From the NCBI GenBank assembly GCA_963773065.1, contig CAVYZN010000006.1:32001-96000 (forward strand): DNA of 64,000 nt, written 5' to 3'. Below, piece by piece: positions 20,414 to 31,335 of the stretch. Position 1 is the stretch's first letter; each line of letters begins with the position of its first letter. Below the pieces are notes generated by a model, which had not been told where the DNA came from, did no database searches, and saw nothing but the letters and a program-made list of their open reading frames with translations. This DNA comes from an uncultured Gammaproteobacteria bacterium (GTDB lineage: Bacteria; Pseudomonadota; Gammaproteobacteria; UBA9214). A program made the position numbers and the translations under genes.

Positions 20414-21703
20414 CTAAGTAATCTTGAAATTTTGGTTGAATGAAACAAAAGCGGCGGCGGCCAGTATGCATTCAGATATCAAGATAGCGTAACCGGCACC
20501 CTTCAATCCGAAACCCATTAATAAAATCCAACCCAATAGTAGCGAAAATGCCGAAATAGCAAGGAAGGACAATGCAAATCGGATATGCTTGTTAATGGCC
20601 ATCTGAGCATCCCAGAAGGGCTTCCCTAGAATATGTATTGAAGCCGACACTGTGAGCCCCATGAATAACTGCGTGTTATGTTCAAGTGCCTTGTTAACCC
20701 ACAAATCAATGGCAGTTTCACCCAGAAAATATTCTGATATTGCCGACAATACGCTCACGACAGCAGCGAATTGCAACATTTTGATAACAAGCGCTTTGGC
20801 CTTTCCTATGTCATTAGCACCAAAGGCATACGATAATTCTGGCCAGACCGCACTATTGACTGCGGTTGCAAGTTGAATTGGCACTCGCGTGAAGGTTCTA
20901 TAGACGCTGAACACCGCCACCGCAGCGGAACCTATCATGCTTCCGATAAGCAAAATAAATCCCTGTATTGTAAAAGACAAGCCTAGCGTGAAAGACATGG
21001 ACGCCAATGAGGGGCGTAGCAACATTCTTATTGTCTCCATGCTGGCATAGCGAATACCAAAGCGCAGAGATGAGCCGCTTCTACTGAGGGTCAGCCACAA
21101 ACTGAGGTTGCCCAGCAGCCTTACCAAAAGAAAGGTCAACGCGACTTCAACAACCTTACCACCATTTAGCGCGACAAGTGCTGCCGCGGCCCACTCCAGT
21201 AATCGGATCAAATTGGCTGCTGCAACAGAGAACGGATATCTCTTTAGGGCTCTGAAGGGCATAGCCAAAATGCCAGTCTGCATACTTGAGGCAACGTGTG
21301 TAAATAAAAGCAAGAGGGTGACATTTAATTTCGCACCGGTGATTTTTGTTAAGCCAAGAAGTTTGCCTGGCTCTGTAAACCAGACAATAAGCACCACGGT
21401 AACTAATATGATACTGGACAAAGATGTGACCATGACCCAGGTACTCTGATAAATTGTTTGCATTTGCTGGATTTCGCCCTTTTCTGCAATCAGAGCCAGG
21501 GTGTTTGCAGCAACAAGGGTCAGCCCGATATCGCTTAACACTAGGTAGGCCGGAACGGCCGACAGAGTAATCCATTCACCATATAGCTCTATACCCCAGG
21601 CATGGATCAGTATGGGAACACTGGCAAGCTGAATTAGCAATGTAACTACCTGGCCGAATCCATTAGCACCGATGCCGTGGATGATTCTGCGTTTTGTGCT
21701 CAT
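20414..21703 (-). CDS. Wzx-type polysaccharide flippase
   Basis: About 12 TM segments; QLASVPILIHAWGIELYGEW..L.AVPAYL.LSDIGL. Confidence 0.8.
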   Translation of the reverse strand: MSTKRRIIHGIGANGFGQVVTLLIQLASVPILIHAWGIELYGEWITLSAVPAYLVLSDIGLTLVAANTLALIAEKGEIQQMQTIYQSTWVMVTSLSSIILVTVVLIVWFTEPGKLLGLTKITGAKLNVTLLLLFTHVASSMQTGILAMPFRALKRYPFSVAAANLIRLLEWAAAALVALNGGKVVEVALTFLLVRLLGNLSLWLTLSRSGSSLRFGIRYASMETIRMLLRPSLASMSFTLGLSFTIQGFILLIGSMIGSAAVAVFSVYRTFTRVPIQLATAVNSAVWPELSYAFGANDIGKAKALVIKMLQFAAVVSVLSAISEYFLGETAIDLWVNKALEHNTQLFMGLTVSASIHILGKPFWDAQMAINKHIRFALSFLAISAFSLLLGWILLMGFGLKGAGYAILISECILAAAAFVSFNQNFKIT

Positions 21704-21737
21704 AACACCAGATTCACCATGGGACGGATTCTGTAGT

Positions 21738-22469
21738 TCAATTTTTAATGGCGACTGAAATAAAGTTCTGACTGAATATTTCGTTCGTTACGCCACTTTC
21801 AACCATCATATATGTTCGTAATCCATTCCTTAGCAGACGCCACAGCACACCCCGCAAGAAACCCTTTAGCCCATGAGTGACGGGAACATCTTCGTAACAT
21901 TCAACTTCTGAGAAACCGACCGCCAGCGAGAGCTGCCGTATCGAGTCCTGTGTAAAGGCCGATTGGTGTGTCAGGTCGCCATAACGTACTCGACCAAATA
22001 ATGGGGATGAAGCATTTGGCTGATGCGAGATCCAACGCCCACCCGCGGACAAGGCCCTGCAGACTTCATCTGCAAATGCCAAGAGCTCATCCATTGTCAG
22101 ATGTTCAATAACATCGACTGTAATAATCGCGTCCAGATTACCATCAGGTTCAGACCTTAATGCCCCAAACAAGTCGCTTTGAGCAACGTCCTGTATCCCG
22201 AGCTGCCATGCTCCAGATACTTGCTCAGGTGATATATCCACGCCTCGCATATTTACGTATCCCGCCTCCCGCGCGTAATACACCAAGGCGCCATACCCGC
22301 AACCTAATTCGAGAATACGGGCATAACGATCGGCCGGGAAATGGTTATTCACAAGGGCGCGCAAAAATGGCGCTCTTATTCGTAGTCGGTTGCCAAGATC
22401 GACACCGCTAAGATGCGACTGCACATAACTGTCATAGAGTCGCTTTCTATAGTCTGAACCCATACCCAT
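21738..22469 (-). CDS. Class I SAM-dependent methyltransferase
   Basis: ILELGCGYG, GVDISPEQV, DVIEHL, RYGDLTH..AFT. Confidence 0.88.
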   Translation of the reverse strand: MGMGSDYRKRLYDSYVQSHLSGVDLGNRLRIRAPFLRALVNNHFPADRYARILELGCGYGALVYYAREAGYVNMRGVDISPEQVSGAWQLGIQDVAQSDLFGALRSEPDGNLDAIITVDVIEHLTMDELLAFADEVCRALSAGGRWISHQPNASSPLFGRVRYGDLTHQSAFTQDSIRQLSLAVGFSEVECYEDVPVTHGLKGFLRGVLWRLLRNGLRTYMMVESGVTNEIFSQNFISVAIKN

Positions 22470-22502
22470 ATACCTATGCCAAGGTAATCAGATTGTAATC
22501 TG

Positions 22503-23633
22503 CTACACAGCTACTGATACACCTGTTAGCTTCGCGTATACACCGGCATAGCCGTCAATCATATTCTGTTTTGTGAACCTGGCCGCATTAGCGATAGCAT
22601 CTTCACCGCCGCCACCCCCTTCAACAATAGACTGCGCAATTCGCCTAGCGGCTTCAGTAGGGTTTTTCGGATCAATGTACACAGCACAGCTTCCCCCGGT
22701 CTCCGTCATTGGGGGGCGTACCGAGGTGTACACAGGGCATCCGCAGGCATGCGCCTCTATAACAGGCCATCCAAAGCCTTCGTAGAGTGACGGGAAAAGC
22801 AAACCTCTTGCCATGGAATATAGCGCTCGCAACTCCTCATTGCCGATGTCGGTAAGTTCGATTACGCGTTCTGTCATATTATGCATACTGATATAACCGA
22901 GCATTTCTTCCGTCCATGGCTTGCCAACAAGAACGAGACTTAGATGCGATGTCTCGGGGTACTGCAGTAATTCCAGGAAGATTCGCAATACCCCCATGCG
23001 ATTCTTGTACCAGTGGTTACCCCCGACATGCAGCAAGAATTCGCTATCAGGCATCACTCCGCACTCCGACAAGATATGAATCGCCTGCCTGTAATTCATG
23101 GGTGAATAAGGATAATTCAGACCATTGTATATAACGAAGACTTGCGCAGGATTTATTCCAACCAGTCTCAGCACATCATTCCTGGTCGCCTCCGACACAC
23201 ACGCTATATATGGAGATTTTCTCAGTCCACGTAATATCATCCGCTGATAAATCCGCCCACTCCACCCCGTCATATTCTCTGGATAATCACCCAGTGCGCT
23301 GCGAATAGCGAGTAAATCATGGCATGTAACCAAGGTCGGCTTTGCACTCACCGTAGTGGCATAGACTGCGTTTGAATGATCACAGATATGCACGACATCG
23401 GCCCACTTGACCAGTCTCCGCAAGTTATGAGGGAACAACAGAAGCTTGTCTATATATCCTAGCCATTTTCTCAGCGGCGAGTGATCAGACACAAAACGTG
23501 AAAACACTACCTCAGGCTGAACTACCCGCACATCAATGCCGCGCTCCGCCAGACCCTTTTCAAGAACTTGGCAAAAGCGCGACATACTTTCTTGTTTATC
23601 AGCCGCATAATTCCCTACAAGGAGAACCTTCAT
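22503..23633 (-). CDS. GT4 glycosyltransferase
   Basis: VTCHDL, CVSEATR, LHVGG...YKN, LFPSLYEGFGWPVIEAHACGCPV. Confidence 0.92.
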   Translation of the reverse strand: MKVLLVGNYAADKQESMSRFCQVLEKGLAERGIDVRVVQPEVVFSRFVSDHSPLRKWLGYIDKLLLFPHNLRRLVKWADVVHICDHSNAVYATTVSAKPTLVTCHDLLAIRSALGDYPENMTGWSGRIYQRMILRGLRKSPYIACVSEATRNDVLRLVGINPAQVFVIYNGLNYPYSPMNYRQAIHILSECGVMPDSEFLLHVGGNHWYKNRMGVLRIFLELLQYPETSHLSLVLVGKPWTEEMLGYISMHNMTERVIELTDIGNEELRALYSMARGLLFPSLYEGFGWPVIEAHACGCPVYTSVRPPMTETGGSCAVYIDPKNPTEAARRIAQSIVEGGGGGEDAIANAARFTKQNMIDGYAGVYAKLTGVSVAV

Positions 23634-23719
23634 AAATTAGACTCACTACTGTAACGCGAGGAGCCCGCCGATATTGCCCAGTGTGTATTCGCCGCCTCTA
23701 TGCGTTCGCAAAAGCCCTT

Positions 23720-24877
23720 TCACGCGAGGGAATTGCGGTATATTTCTACTAACTGTTGCACGTATCCGTCCCATCCGTATAACGATTGCATCTTCATTGC
23801 ACCATCCTTTCCCATACGGGCTGCTTTTTCACGATCTTTGTAAAGCACCTCCAGTTTCTCCGCTATGGTTTCCGGTGACCTTATAGGAACCACATAGCCT
23901 GTTACGTCATCCTCGATAAGTTCCGCCGCACCGTTGTTGGTTGTTGTAATAACAGGCAGTCCGCTTGCCATGGCTTCGCCGCAAACTAGGCTAAACCCGT
24001 CCTCCAGTGTCGGTAGAACGAACACAGTCGACTCATTTAAATAATGGTTAAGCCTTTCATTCGGCACGAACGGTATATGCGTGAACAGTCCATCGTAAGA
24101 CTTCATCATCCCATTCATTTCGGGATCCAACCGTCCAATCAGGAGAAGTTCTCCGTCCCCAATAGCCAGACGTTTCCATGCCTCAAGCAAATCCACTTGC
24201 CCTTTTCGGATACTGTTTGCTGCAACACAGATCACACGGAATTTCTTTCCTTCACCACGCGTGGTATTTTCTTTCATCGAAAAGCGAGACAAATTAACCC
24301 CAAAGGGGAGCACATCGATCTTACCCTCGTCAAATCCTTTCTCGACAAATGTACGCTTCACAAAATCCGAAGCCACAAGAAACCGATCACACATCTCGAA
24401 TTCTTCAAGCATTCGTCTCTGCGCCGGGGATCTCTCCAGTCTCTTCCGTATCCTTAGTCGCTCGTATTCCGAATTAAGAACTTCATTCTGGAAATCAGGG
24501 TGAGCATTTACCGGTTCGCCGATAACGAGAGAGCCGTCGGAATGGGCGCGGCGTATCATGCGTCTTCCACCTCCATGGAGCATGAGATGCAGAAGGTCAC
24601 ACGGTGACCAAAAGGCAAGCGACGCGGACTCCCATAATTGCCTATATAGCGGACTTAACGCTTCCAGACCAGGCACCCATGACATACGCAAATGTGCATG
24701 GAGTAGATATTCTTTTATCCATACATTTACCAACTTCTCCGCCGGGATGCCCAACGCTTTTTCACCCGTGGAAATCCTATGCGCATAATAAAAGCGATTC
24801 AGAACACCTAGCCGATACAGATAGGGCACGACGTTGTGATAATGAAACCGACCACTCACCGCCAGATTAACTCTCAT
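23720..24877 (-). CDS. GT4 glycosyltransferase
   Basis: Start MRVNLAVSGRFH overlaps the upstream stop (ATGA); RKGQ, FVLPTLEDGFSLVCGEAMASGLPVITT. Confidence 0.9.
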   Translation of the reverse strand: MRVNLAVSGRFHYHNVVPYLYRLGVLNRFYYAHRISTGEKALGIPAEKLVNVWIKEYLLHAHLRMSWVPGLEALSPLYRQLWESASLAFWSPCDLLHLMLHGGGRRMIRRAHSDGSLVIGEPVNAHPDFQNEVLNSEYERLRIRKRLERSPAQRRMLEEFEMCDRFLVASDFVKRTFVEKGFDEGKIDVLPFGVNLSRFSMKENTTRGEGKKFRVICVAANSIRKGQVDLLEAWKRLAIGDGELLLIGRLDPEMNGMMKSYDGLFTHIPFVPNERLNHYLNESTVFVLPTLEDGFSLVCGEAMASGLPVITTTNNGAAELIEDDVTGYVVPIRSPETIAEKLEVLYKDREKAARMGKDGAMKMQSLYGWDGYVQQLVEIYRNSLA

Positions 24878-26337
24878 TGTTGATTTTCTCGCACGCCAAA
24901 ACGACAAAGATTGATTGAGGCCATAAGCAAACCCGCAAACAGCCAAGCGTAGCCGCAGATTGTGCCATGACCCGAAATCTGCCCGTAAAAGATCACTACA
25001 CCCACATAGCCAAATAACAATACAGGCATGGGGTTACCAGAACGCCGGGCCGCCCACAGTGACTTCGTTCCCAGCACAATCGTCAGCATCACCCGAAACA
25101 ATATAAATAACACGGCAAGCATGGGGCCCATGTCGACAAAATGCCTCGACCAGTCTGTTTCGGCAAGACGAAGCGGTATCGTGCCTGCGACAGTAACGCC
25201 CAATATGGTACCCGCATTGCCTGCTAAACCCATGCCATAACCGAAGAGTGGTACCTGTCCGACAAGACGGAGAAAATCATATACCTCATAGAGCGCACGA
25301 CCGAAGACACCGAAGTGCCCAAACATGCGACTTTCGGATGCAACGCCTTCAAACCACCGTGCTATAAATGCAGCGAATGCCTCTGGATATACCACGGGAT
25401 ATAAGGTCACCACACATATAACAAGCAATATAGGCAGCACTATCGCCCGGCGGGAAACCCTCCCTCTCAATACTACCCCAGCAACCAAACAGCTTAGAAC
25501 AACAATACCCGAATGGATAAACATCCCGCGGTTAATACTAAAGGCCAGGCAAGTTAGGGTCGCAACCGCACCAAAAGCAAGCATGATATTTGAAATAGGT
25601 CTCTGTTTAGCCGGAACAAGCCAGAGAACCAGAGCCATGCATAAACTGCTAGCAACTAGATGCCATGGGCCCACTGCTGCAGTGAATGTCCCATTTGGCC
25701 GAATATGCCCGAGTGAACCACGTAGTCCCCTAAATTGCAAAGACTCATCACTTGCTATACCGGCATTAATAATCGAGTCTGGCGACGAAGCGAATTGTAC
25801 TGCAATAAGAAATGCCATTGGAATGATAACAATGAGCGTCTGCCTGAATAGGCGATAGATATCTTCCCATCTAAATTGTTCCCCGATCAGGAATGCGAGT
25901 GGTATGTATAGAAAATAGTTTCTCCATCCATAGACCGCTAATAACATCATTATTCTGCCACTACTCCCCAGCAACAACTGAATAACTATCCATACAATTG
26001 CCAGCAAGGAAATCAGATATGCAAAAAGCAGCAACGGCCTCGATCTAGGCCACATTCCATTGGCTAGTGCCACAAAATATATATAGAGGACAAAGGGGTC
26101 TCTGATGAAGTACAGGTACTGGGCATATTGCGGCCACACCCATTTACGCAGTACGCCTTCGAAGATCAATAGCCAATAGACTAGAAACACGAGCCTGACG
26201 AGGCGGCGGCGAACGCGCTCTTTAGGCGAGATACCTTCTCTTGGCTTTGACGTTACAGCGAGTGTATTCGGCTTAACAGCCGATACATAACTACTTCTCT
26301 TTTGCCTTTCCAATACTGCGATGTGCTTGTTTGTCAT
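24874..26337 (-). CDS. Wzy-like polysaccharide polymerase
   Basis: Multi-TM; LLIFEGVLRKW, RPNGTFT, SINRG, PLFGYGMGLAGN; first gene of the GT-wzx operon. Confidence 0.7.
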   Translation of the reverse strand: MTNKHIAVLERQKRSSYVSAVKPNTLAVTSKPREGISPKERVRRRLVRLVFLVYWLLIFEGVLRKWVWPQYAQYLYFIRDPFVLYIYFVALANGMWPRSRPLLLFAYLISLLAIVWIVIQLLLGSSGRIMMLLAVYGWRNYFLYIPLAFLIGEQFRWEDIYRLFRQTLIVIIPMAFLIAVQFASSPDSIINAGIASDESLQFRGLRGSLGHIRPNGTFTAAVGPWHLVASSLCMALVLWLVPAKQRPISNIMLAFGAVATLTCLAFSINRGMFIHSGIVVLSCLVAGVVLRGRVSRRAIVLPILLVICVVTLYPVVYPEAFAAFIARWFEGVASESRMFGHFGVFGRALYEVYDFLRLVGQVPLFGYGMGLAGNAGTILGVTVAGTIPLRLAETDWSRHFVDMGPMLAVLFILFRVMLTIVLGTKSLWAARRSGNPMPVLLFGYVGVVIFYGQISGHGTICGYAWLFAGLLMASINLCRFGVRENQQ

Positions 26338-26702
26338 GACTACATGCCATTCTTATTTGAATACCCGCCCATGGCACGGGTACTCAACCTGACTACTTCT
26401 AAGGTTTAAATCGAGGTGTGAAACCAATTGCATTACGCTGCACATCCGTGACAGCAGGGTACAGAGTAATCTGCCGATGAAGTAGCGACTAGTACAATGA
26501 CTAATACAATCACGACTTGATCCTGTCGATTCCTATACGTTCAGTGCCCTGATATAACTACTGAGCACACCCGAAACCGGACGCATGTCCATTGCGGAGA
26601 ACGCTTTTCGTATTGGCAAAGGGTTGCCGGGTTTTCGGCAATTTCACTTTTTCACGCTTCGTGTGCTATGCAAGTAACAAACATAACCACGTCGATGAAT
26701 CG

Positions 26703-27641
26703 CTAAGTCCAACGGGCTCCCAGTGAATCAAGCAGAGACTCCAGTCCTTTATCGATGCCAACCACTGATTCCCAACTCAATATCTCCCTGGCCAGGTCAA
26801 CTGATGATGATGAATTCCTGATGTCACCAGGGCGTTCGCTCTCATACCTTGGCTTGAATTCTGTATTGGTGATTCGGCACATGGAGGCGAGCAATCCGTT
26901 GAGTGATATTTCCCGACCCGTTGCGATATTGATAATCCTGCCAGCGGCCCTGTCTACGGTAGCGGCCTTTATATTCGCCGCCACCACATCCGATACAAAC
27001 ACGAAATCCCGGGTCTGCCCGCCATCCCCGTAGATGACCGGCTGCTCGCCCTTCTTCAGCCGGTCCGCGAAGATCGAAATGACACCGGAATACGGTGAAC
27101 CCGGATCCTGCCGCGGGCCATAGACATTGAAATAGCGCAGGCACACGGTTTCGAGTCCGTGCAGGTGAGTATACATCCGGCAGGCGTATTCCGAGGCGAG
27201 TTTGTCGACGGCGTACGGTGACAGGGGTTTGAGGGGCATATCTTCGCGTTTCGGCAGTTCCGGGAGATCGCCGTAGACCGCCGCGGAGGATGCGATTACC
27301 ACTCGCCTGGCGCCCTGCCGGCGCGCGGCCTCAAGCACATTCAATGTGCCCTGGTAGTTGGTGCGCTGGCTGCCCAGCGGGTCCTGGATGGTTTTGGGAA
27401 CCGAGGCGATGGCCGCTTCGTGGAATACGAGTTCAACGTCTTTCATTGCCTTGTTGACGACGTCGAAGCTGCCGACATCTCCGGTAATGATTTCGAGGTC
27501 GGCGGATTCAGGAAGGTTCTCCCGTTTTCCGGTGGAGTAGTCATCGAGTACGCGTACCCGGTACCCATCGGCCAGCAGGCGGTCGACGATGTGGGATCCG
27601 ATGAATCCGGCGCCGCCGGTGACCAGGGCTAATGTTTTCAT
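26703..27641 (-). CDS. NAD-dependent epimerase/dehydratase (UDP-Glc/GlcNAc 4-epimerase-like)
   Basis: LVTGGAGFIGSH, FHEAAIASV, SSAAVYG, PLSPYAVDK (YxxxK), LRYFNVYGPRQDP.SPYSGVI. Confidence 0.9.
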   Translation of the reverse strand: MKTLALVTGGAGFIGSHIVDRLLADGYRVRVLDDYSTGKRENLPESADLEIITGDVGSFDVVNKAMKDVELVFHEAAIASVPKTIQDPLGSQRTNYQGTLNVLEAARRQGARRVVIASSAAVYGDLPELPKREDMPLKPLSPYAVDKLASEYACRMYTHLHGLETVCLRYFNVYGPRQDPGSPYSGVISIFADRLKKGEQPVIYGDGGQTRDFVFVSDVVAANIKAATVDRAAGRIINIATGREISLNGLLASMCRITNTEFKPRYESERPGDIRNSSSSVDLAREILSWESVVGIDKGLESLLDSLGARWT

Positions 27642-27736
27642 ATGAGTCCGTGAGTTAGATGTTACAGACAATCAGTTTGCAATTGAGTTGGGGAGTTAAA
27701 TACTACCTTTTGGTCTTCAAAGTCACTGATTGTTAT

Positions 27737-27794
27737 CCCCTCACCCTAACCCTTTTATGCCCGTTGTCGTTTGGGTGCTCCCGGTGGGAGAGGG
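27737..27794. repeat. CCCTCACCCTAACCCT-CTCCCGGTGGGAGAGGG-type palindromic repeat, interrupted
   Basis: Both halves are present, separated by a 24 nt insert. Confidence 0.5.
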
Positions 27795-27846
27795 TATATT
27801 TGGATACCGCTTTGCAGGGAGTGGTGACTATCCGGGCCGTCCGGAC

Positions 27847-29148
27847 CTACCGCCCCACGCAGGTGTAATCGAACCCAAGGCTCGTCAGGTGCGCCTTCTC
27901 GTAGACGTTGCGCAGATCGATGAAGGCGTTGCCCTGCATGAGATTCTTCAGCCGGTCAAAATCCAGACCCCGGTACTCATTCCATTCCGTCATCAGGATA
28001 ACGGCATCGGCGCCGGTTATCGCTTCATAGACGTCATTATAATAGCTGACGTCTCCGGGCAGCAGCTTCTTCGCCTCCTCCATGCCCTGCGGGTCATGGG
28101 CATGGATCACGGCTCCCTTGTCGATCAGGTTGGGAAGAATCGCGAGCACGGGTGCATCGCGCATGTCATCGGTTTCGGGCTTGAAGGTCAGGCCGAGTAC
28201 GGCAATCGTCTTGCCTGAGACGCTGCCGCCCAGCGCCTTGCGTATTTTCTTTATCATCAGCGCCTTTTGCGCCGCATTGACTTCCACCGCGGCCTCGACG
28301 ATACGGCAGGGCGTGCCATGTTCCTGGGCGATGCGAATCAGGGCGGTGGTGTCCTTGGGAAAACAGGAGCCGCCATAGCCGGGACCGGCGTGCAGGAATT
28401 TGTTGCCGATGCGTTTGTCCATCCCCATGCCCTTGGCGACCGCATGCACGTCCGCCCCGACGTTTTCGCACAGGTTGGCGATCTCGTTGATGAAGCTGAT
28501 CTTGGTGGCCAGAAAGGCATTCGATGCATACTTGATCAGTTCCGCGCTTTCCAGGTCGGTGACCATGATCGGCGCCTCGATCAGGTTGAGGGGGCGGTAG
28601 AGCTCGCGCAACAGGTTTTCGGCCCGCTCGCTTTCCACGCCCAATACCACCCGGTCGGGGCGCATGAAGTCGCCGATCGCCGCGCCCTCGCGCAGGAATT
28701 CCGGGTTGGAGGCGACATCGAAGTCGGCCGCCGGATTTTCCTTGCGAACGATGCGGGCGACATGGCGCGCGGTTCCCACCGGCACGGTGGATTTATCCAC
28801 GATGACGGTATAACCGGACAGGTGCCTCGCTATCTGCTTGGCCGCCTCATACACATACGCCAGATCCGCATAGCCGTCGCCGCGGCGCGTGGGTGTGCCG
28901 ACCGCGATAAACACCAGGTCGGCTGCTCCGACCGAATCACACGCGGTAGTGAACTTCAAGCGACCCGCCGCCACATTACGCGCCACGAGGCTTTCGAGAC
29001 CCGGCTCGTAGATGGGCATCTCGCCCGCATTCAGGCGATCGATCTTGGTTTGATCGAGATCGATGCAGTTCACATTGGCGCCGAACTCGGAAAAACAGGC
29101 GCCTGATACCAGGCCAACATAGCCGGAACCGATCATGACGACGTTCAT
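27847..29148 (-). CDS. ugd: UDP-glucose 6-dehydrogenase
   Basis: IGSGYVGL, FIAVGTP, KSTVPVGT, SNPEFLREG, GYGGSCFPKD, FKPETDDMR. Confidence 0.95.
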   Translation of the reverse strand: MNVVMIGSGYVGLVSGACFSEFGANVNCIDLDQTKIDRLNAGEMPIYEPGLESLVARNVAAGRLKFTTACDSVGAADLVFIAVGTPTRRGDGYADLAYVYEAAKQIARHLSGYTVIVDKSTVPVGTARHVARIVRKENPAADFDVASNPEFLREGAAIGDFMRPDRVVLGVESERAENLLRELYRPLNLIEAPIMVTDLESAELIKYASNAFLATKISFINEIANLCENVGADVHAVAKGMGMDKRIGNKFLHAGPGYGGSCFPKDTTALIRIAQEHGTPCRIVEAAVEVNAAQKALMIKKIRKALGGSVSGKTIAVLGLTFKPETDDMRDAPVLAILPNLIDKGAVIHAHDPQGMEEAKKLLPGDVSYYNDVYEAITGADAVILMTEWNEYRGLDFDRLKNLMQGNAFIDLRNVYEKAHLTSLGFDYTCVGR

Positions 29149-29184
29149 TATTTGTTCACCTTTTCCTGCATGTTACATTTATTA

Positions 29185-29370
29185 ATGGCCACGGAAACAT
29201 CCGGAAAGTAAAAAGTGAGAAGTGAAAGTAAAGTGAAAGGTAATAGGAAAGAAGCGTGTGTGATACGGAGCATGCGCCGTATTCAACCTGCGTATCAAGC
29301 ACCCGTTCTGCTTATCACTTTTTACTTCTCACTTTTTACTTTCCGTGGGTTCCGTGGATTCCGTGGCCAT
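29185..29370. repeat. Composite inverted-repeat element (MITE-like)
   Basis: Outer IR ATGGCCACGGAA / TTCCGTGGCCAT (12 bp perfect); inner IR GGAAAGTAAAAAGTGAGAAGT (29203-29223) / ACTTCTCACTTTTTACTTTCC (29324-29344), 21 bp perfect. Confidence 0.85.
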
Positions 29371-29424
29371 ACAGAGTGAGGCGATATTATTCACCGTTGC
29401 CGCCGAAATTCACAGCCCGCCATC

Positions 29425-30472
29425 TCAACCGTATTGCCGTTCGTAGTAATGGCGGTAATCGCCGCTGCGCACCCGGTCGCACCAGTCACGGTGCTTGAGA
29501 TACCAGCGGAGGGTTTGGTCGATGCCGCCGCGGAAATCATGCCGCGGCTCCCAGCCCAGTTCCCGTCTGATCTTCGCGGCGTCGATGGCATAACGCCGGT
29601 CATGGCCGGGACGGTCCTTCACGAAGGTGATCAGGTCGCGGTAGTCAGTCTGACCCGGCTGGAATTCATTCAAGCGGTCGCAGACCAGGTTGACGATATC
29701 GAGGTTGCGCCACTCGTTGCCGCCGCCGATGTTGTAGACCTCGCCCGGAACGCCCCGCTCGATCACCGCCTCGATGCCGCGGCAGTGGTCTTCGACATAC
29801 AGCCAGTCGCGCACGTTGAGGCCATCGCCGTAGACCGGGATCGGCCGGCCTTCGAGCGCATTGAGGATCACCAGCGGGATCAGCTTCTCGGGAAACTGGT
29901 ACGGCCCGTAGTTGTTGGAGCAGTTGGTGGTCAGCACCGGCAGGCCCCAGGTGTGGTGATAGGCGCGCACCAGGTGGTCGGCGGCCGCCTTGGAGGCCGA
30001 GTAGGGGCTGTTGGGCGCATAGGCGCGCGATTCCGTAAACGCCGGTTCATTTGCCGCCAGGCTGCCGTAGACCTCGTCGGTGGAAACATGCAGGAAACGC
30101 TGGCCTTGCAAGCCATCCGGCCAGGCTTCCCGGGCCGCCTCCAGCAGGGTGAACGTGCCCTGCACGTTGGTTCTTATGAAGGCCTCGGGTCCCAGGATCG
30201 AGCGGTCGACATGGGATTCGGCGGCGAAATTGACCACCGTGTCGATGGCTTCCTCGGCAAACAGCCCGGCGACGCATGCCCGGTCGGTGATGTCCCCGTG
30301 CACGAACCGGTAGCCCGGTGCCGCCTCGACGTCCGCCAGGTTCTCCGGGTTGCCGGCATAGGTCAGCGCATCCAGGTTGACGACCCGGTCATCCGGGATG
30401 CCGGGCAATCCAGTAGCGGATGAAATTGGACCCGATAAAACCGGAACCGCCGGTTACCAGCAGTCTGCGCAT
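29425..30472 (-). CDS. rfbB: dTDP-glucose 4,6-dehydratase (frameshift near 30410)
   Basis: MRRLLVTGGSGFIGSNF, NLDALTYAGN, NFAAESHVDRSI, HVSTDEVYG, PNSPYSASK, DRPGHDRRYAID. Confidence 0.93.
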
Positions 30473-31335
30473 GCCTGCAACTCCTTCAGCATCCTGTCGA
30501 GACTATCACGCCAGTGCGGGATGGGTGCCGTCAGACAGGGATCTGGATTTTACGGGTATCCAGGACGGAATAGCCGGCCGCCGGGCCGGAGTCGGGATAC
30601 CCGGATGTCGGAATGGCCTCGACGGTATTTGTTTCCAGTGTAAATCCGGCCTCGGTTGCACCGGCAATGATGGCGGTTGCAAACCCGTGCCAGGAGGTAC
30701 TGCCGGCATTGGTGTAATGATACGTGCCGCGAGCCCGGTTCTGAACCAGGGTCCTGATGGCCCCGGCGATATCACGCGCCCAGGTAGGTGAGCCGAGCTG
30801 GTCATTCACCACCCTCAGCGGCTTGCCCTCTCTGGCGACCCTGAGGATGGTTTTCACGAAATTATGGCCATGGACGCCGTACACCCAGGCGGTGCGCAGA
30901 ATGGTTGCTTCGGGCAAAGCGGTCCGAACGGCCTGTTCGCCTTCCCATTTGCTGCGCCCGTAAACGCCGAGCGGATCGGGCTTCGTCTTCTTCACGATAG
31001 GGCCGCGACTGCTTGCCATCGAACACGAAATCGGTCGAAACCTGCAGCACGTTTCCGCCATAGTCGGCGACCGCCTCGGCCAGTCGAGCGGCGCTGTCAC
31101 GGTTGATGACAAACGCCTGCTCCACCTCAGACTCCGCCCGATCCACTTGCGTGTAGGCGGCACAGTTGATGACCCAGTCCGCCTGAAAACGCCGCACCCT
31201 GTCGGCAACCTGTCCCGGGTTCAGAAAGTCCAGTTCCTGACGCACCGGCGCAATGACCTCGTGCCCTGATTGAGAGAACACCCTGAGCACCTCGAAACCG
31301 AACTGGCCGGTTGATCCGGTGACCAGTATCCGCAT
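30454..31335 (-). CDS. rfbD: dTDP-4-dehydrorhamnose reductase (frameshifted)
   Basis: ILVTGSTGQ.G, INCAAYT.VD.AE, STDFVFDG, PLGVYGRSK..GE, LRTAWVYG..GHNFVKT, VVNDQLGSPT. Confidence 0.9.

Noticed and set aside
26340-26700. JUMPstart/ops element upstream of the wzy operon
   Set aside because: No convincing GGCGGTAG ops motif found on the coding strand.
29434-30423. Long plus-strand ORFs opposite known genes (also 1320-2144, 28267-29106, 33272-34306, 36728-37543)
   Set aside because: Antisense shadows typical of GC-rich coding DNA, with no motifs of their own.
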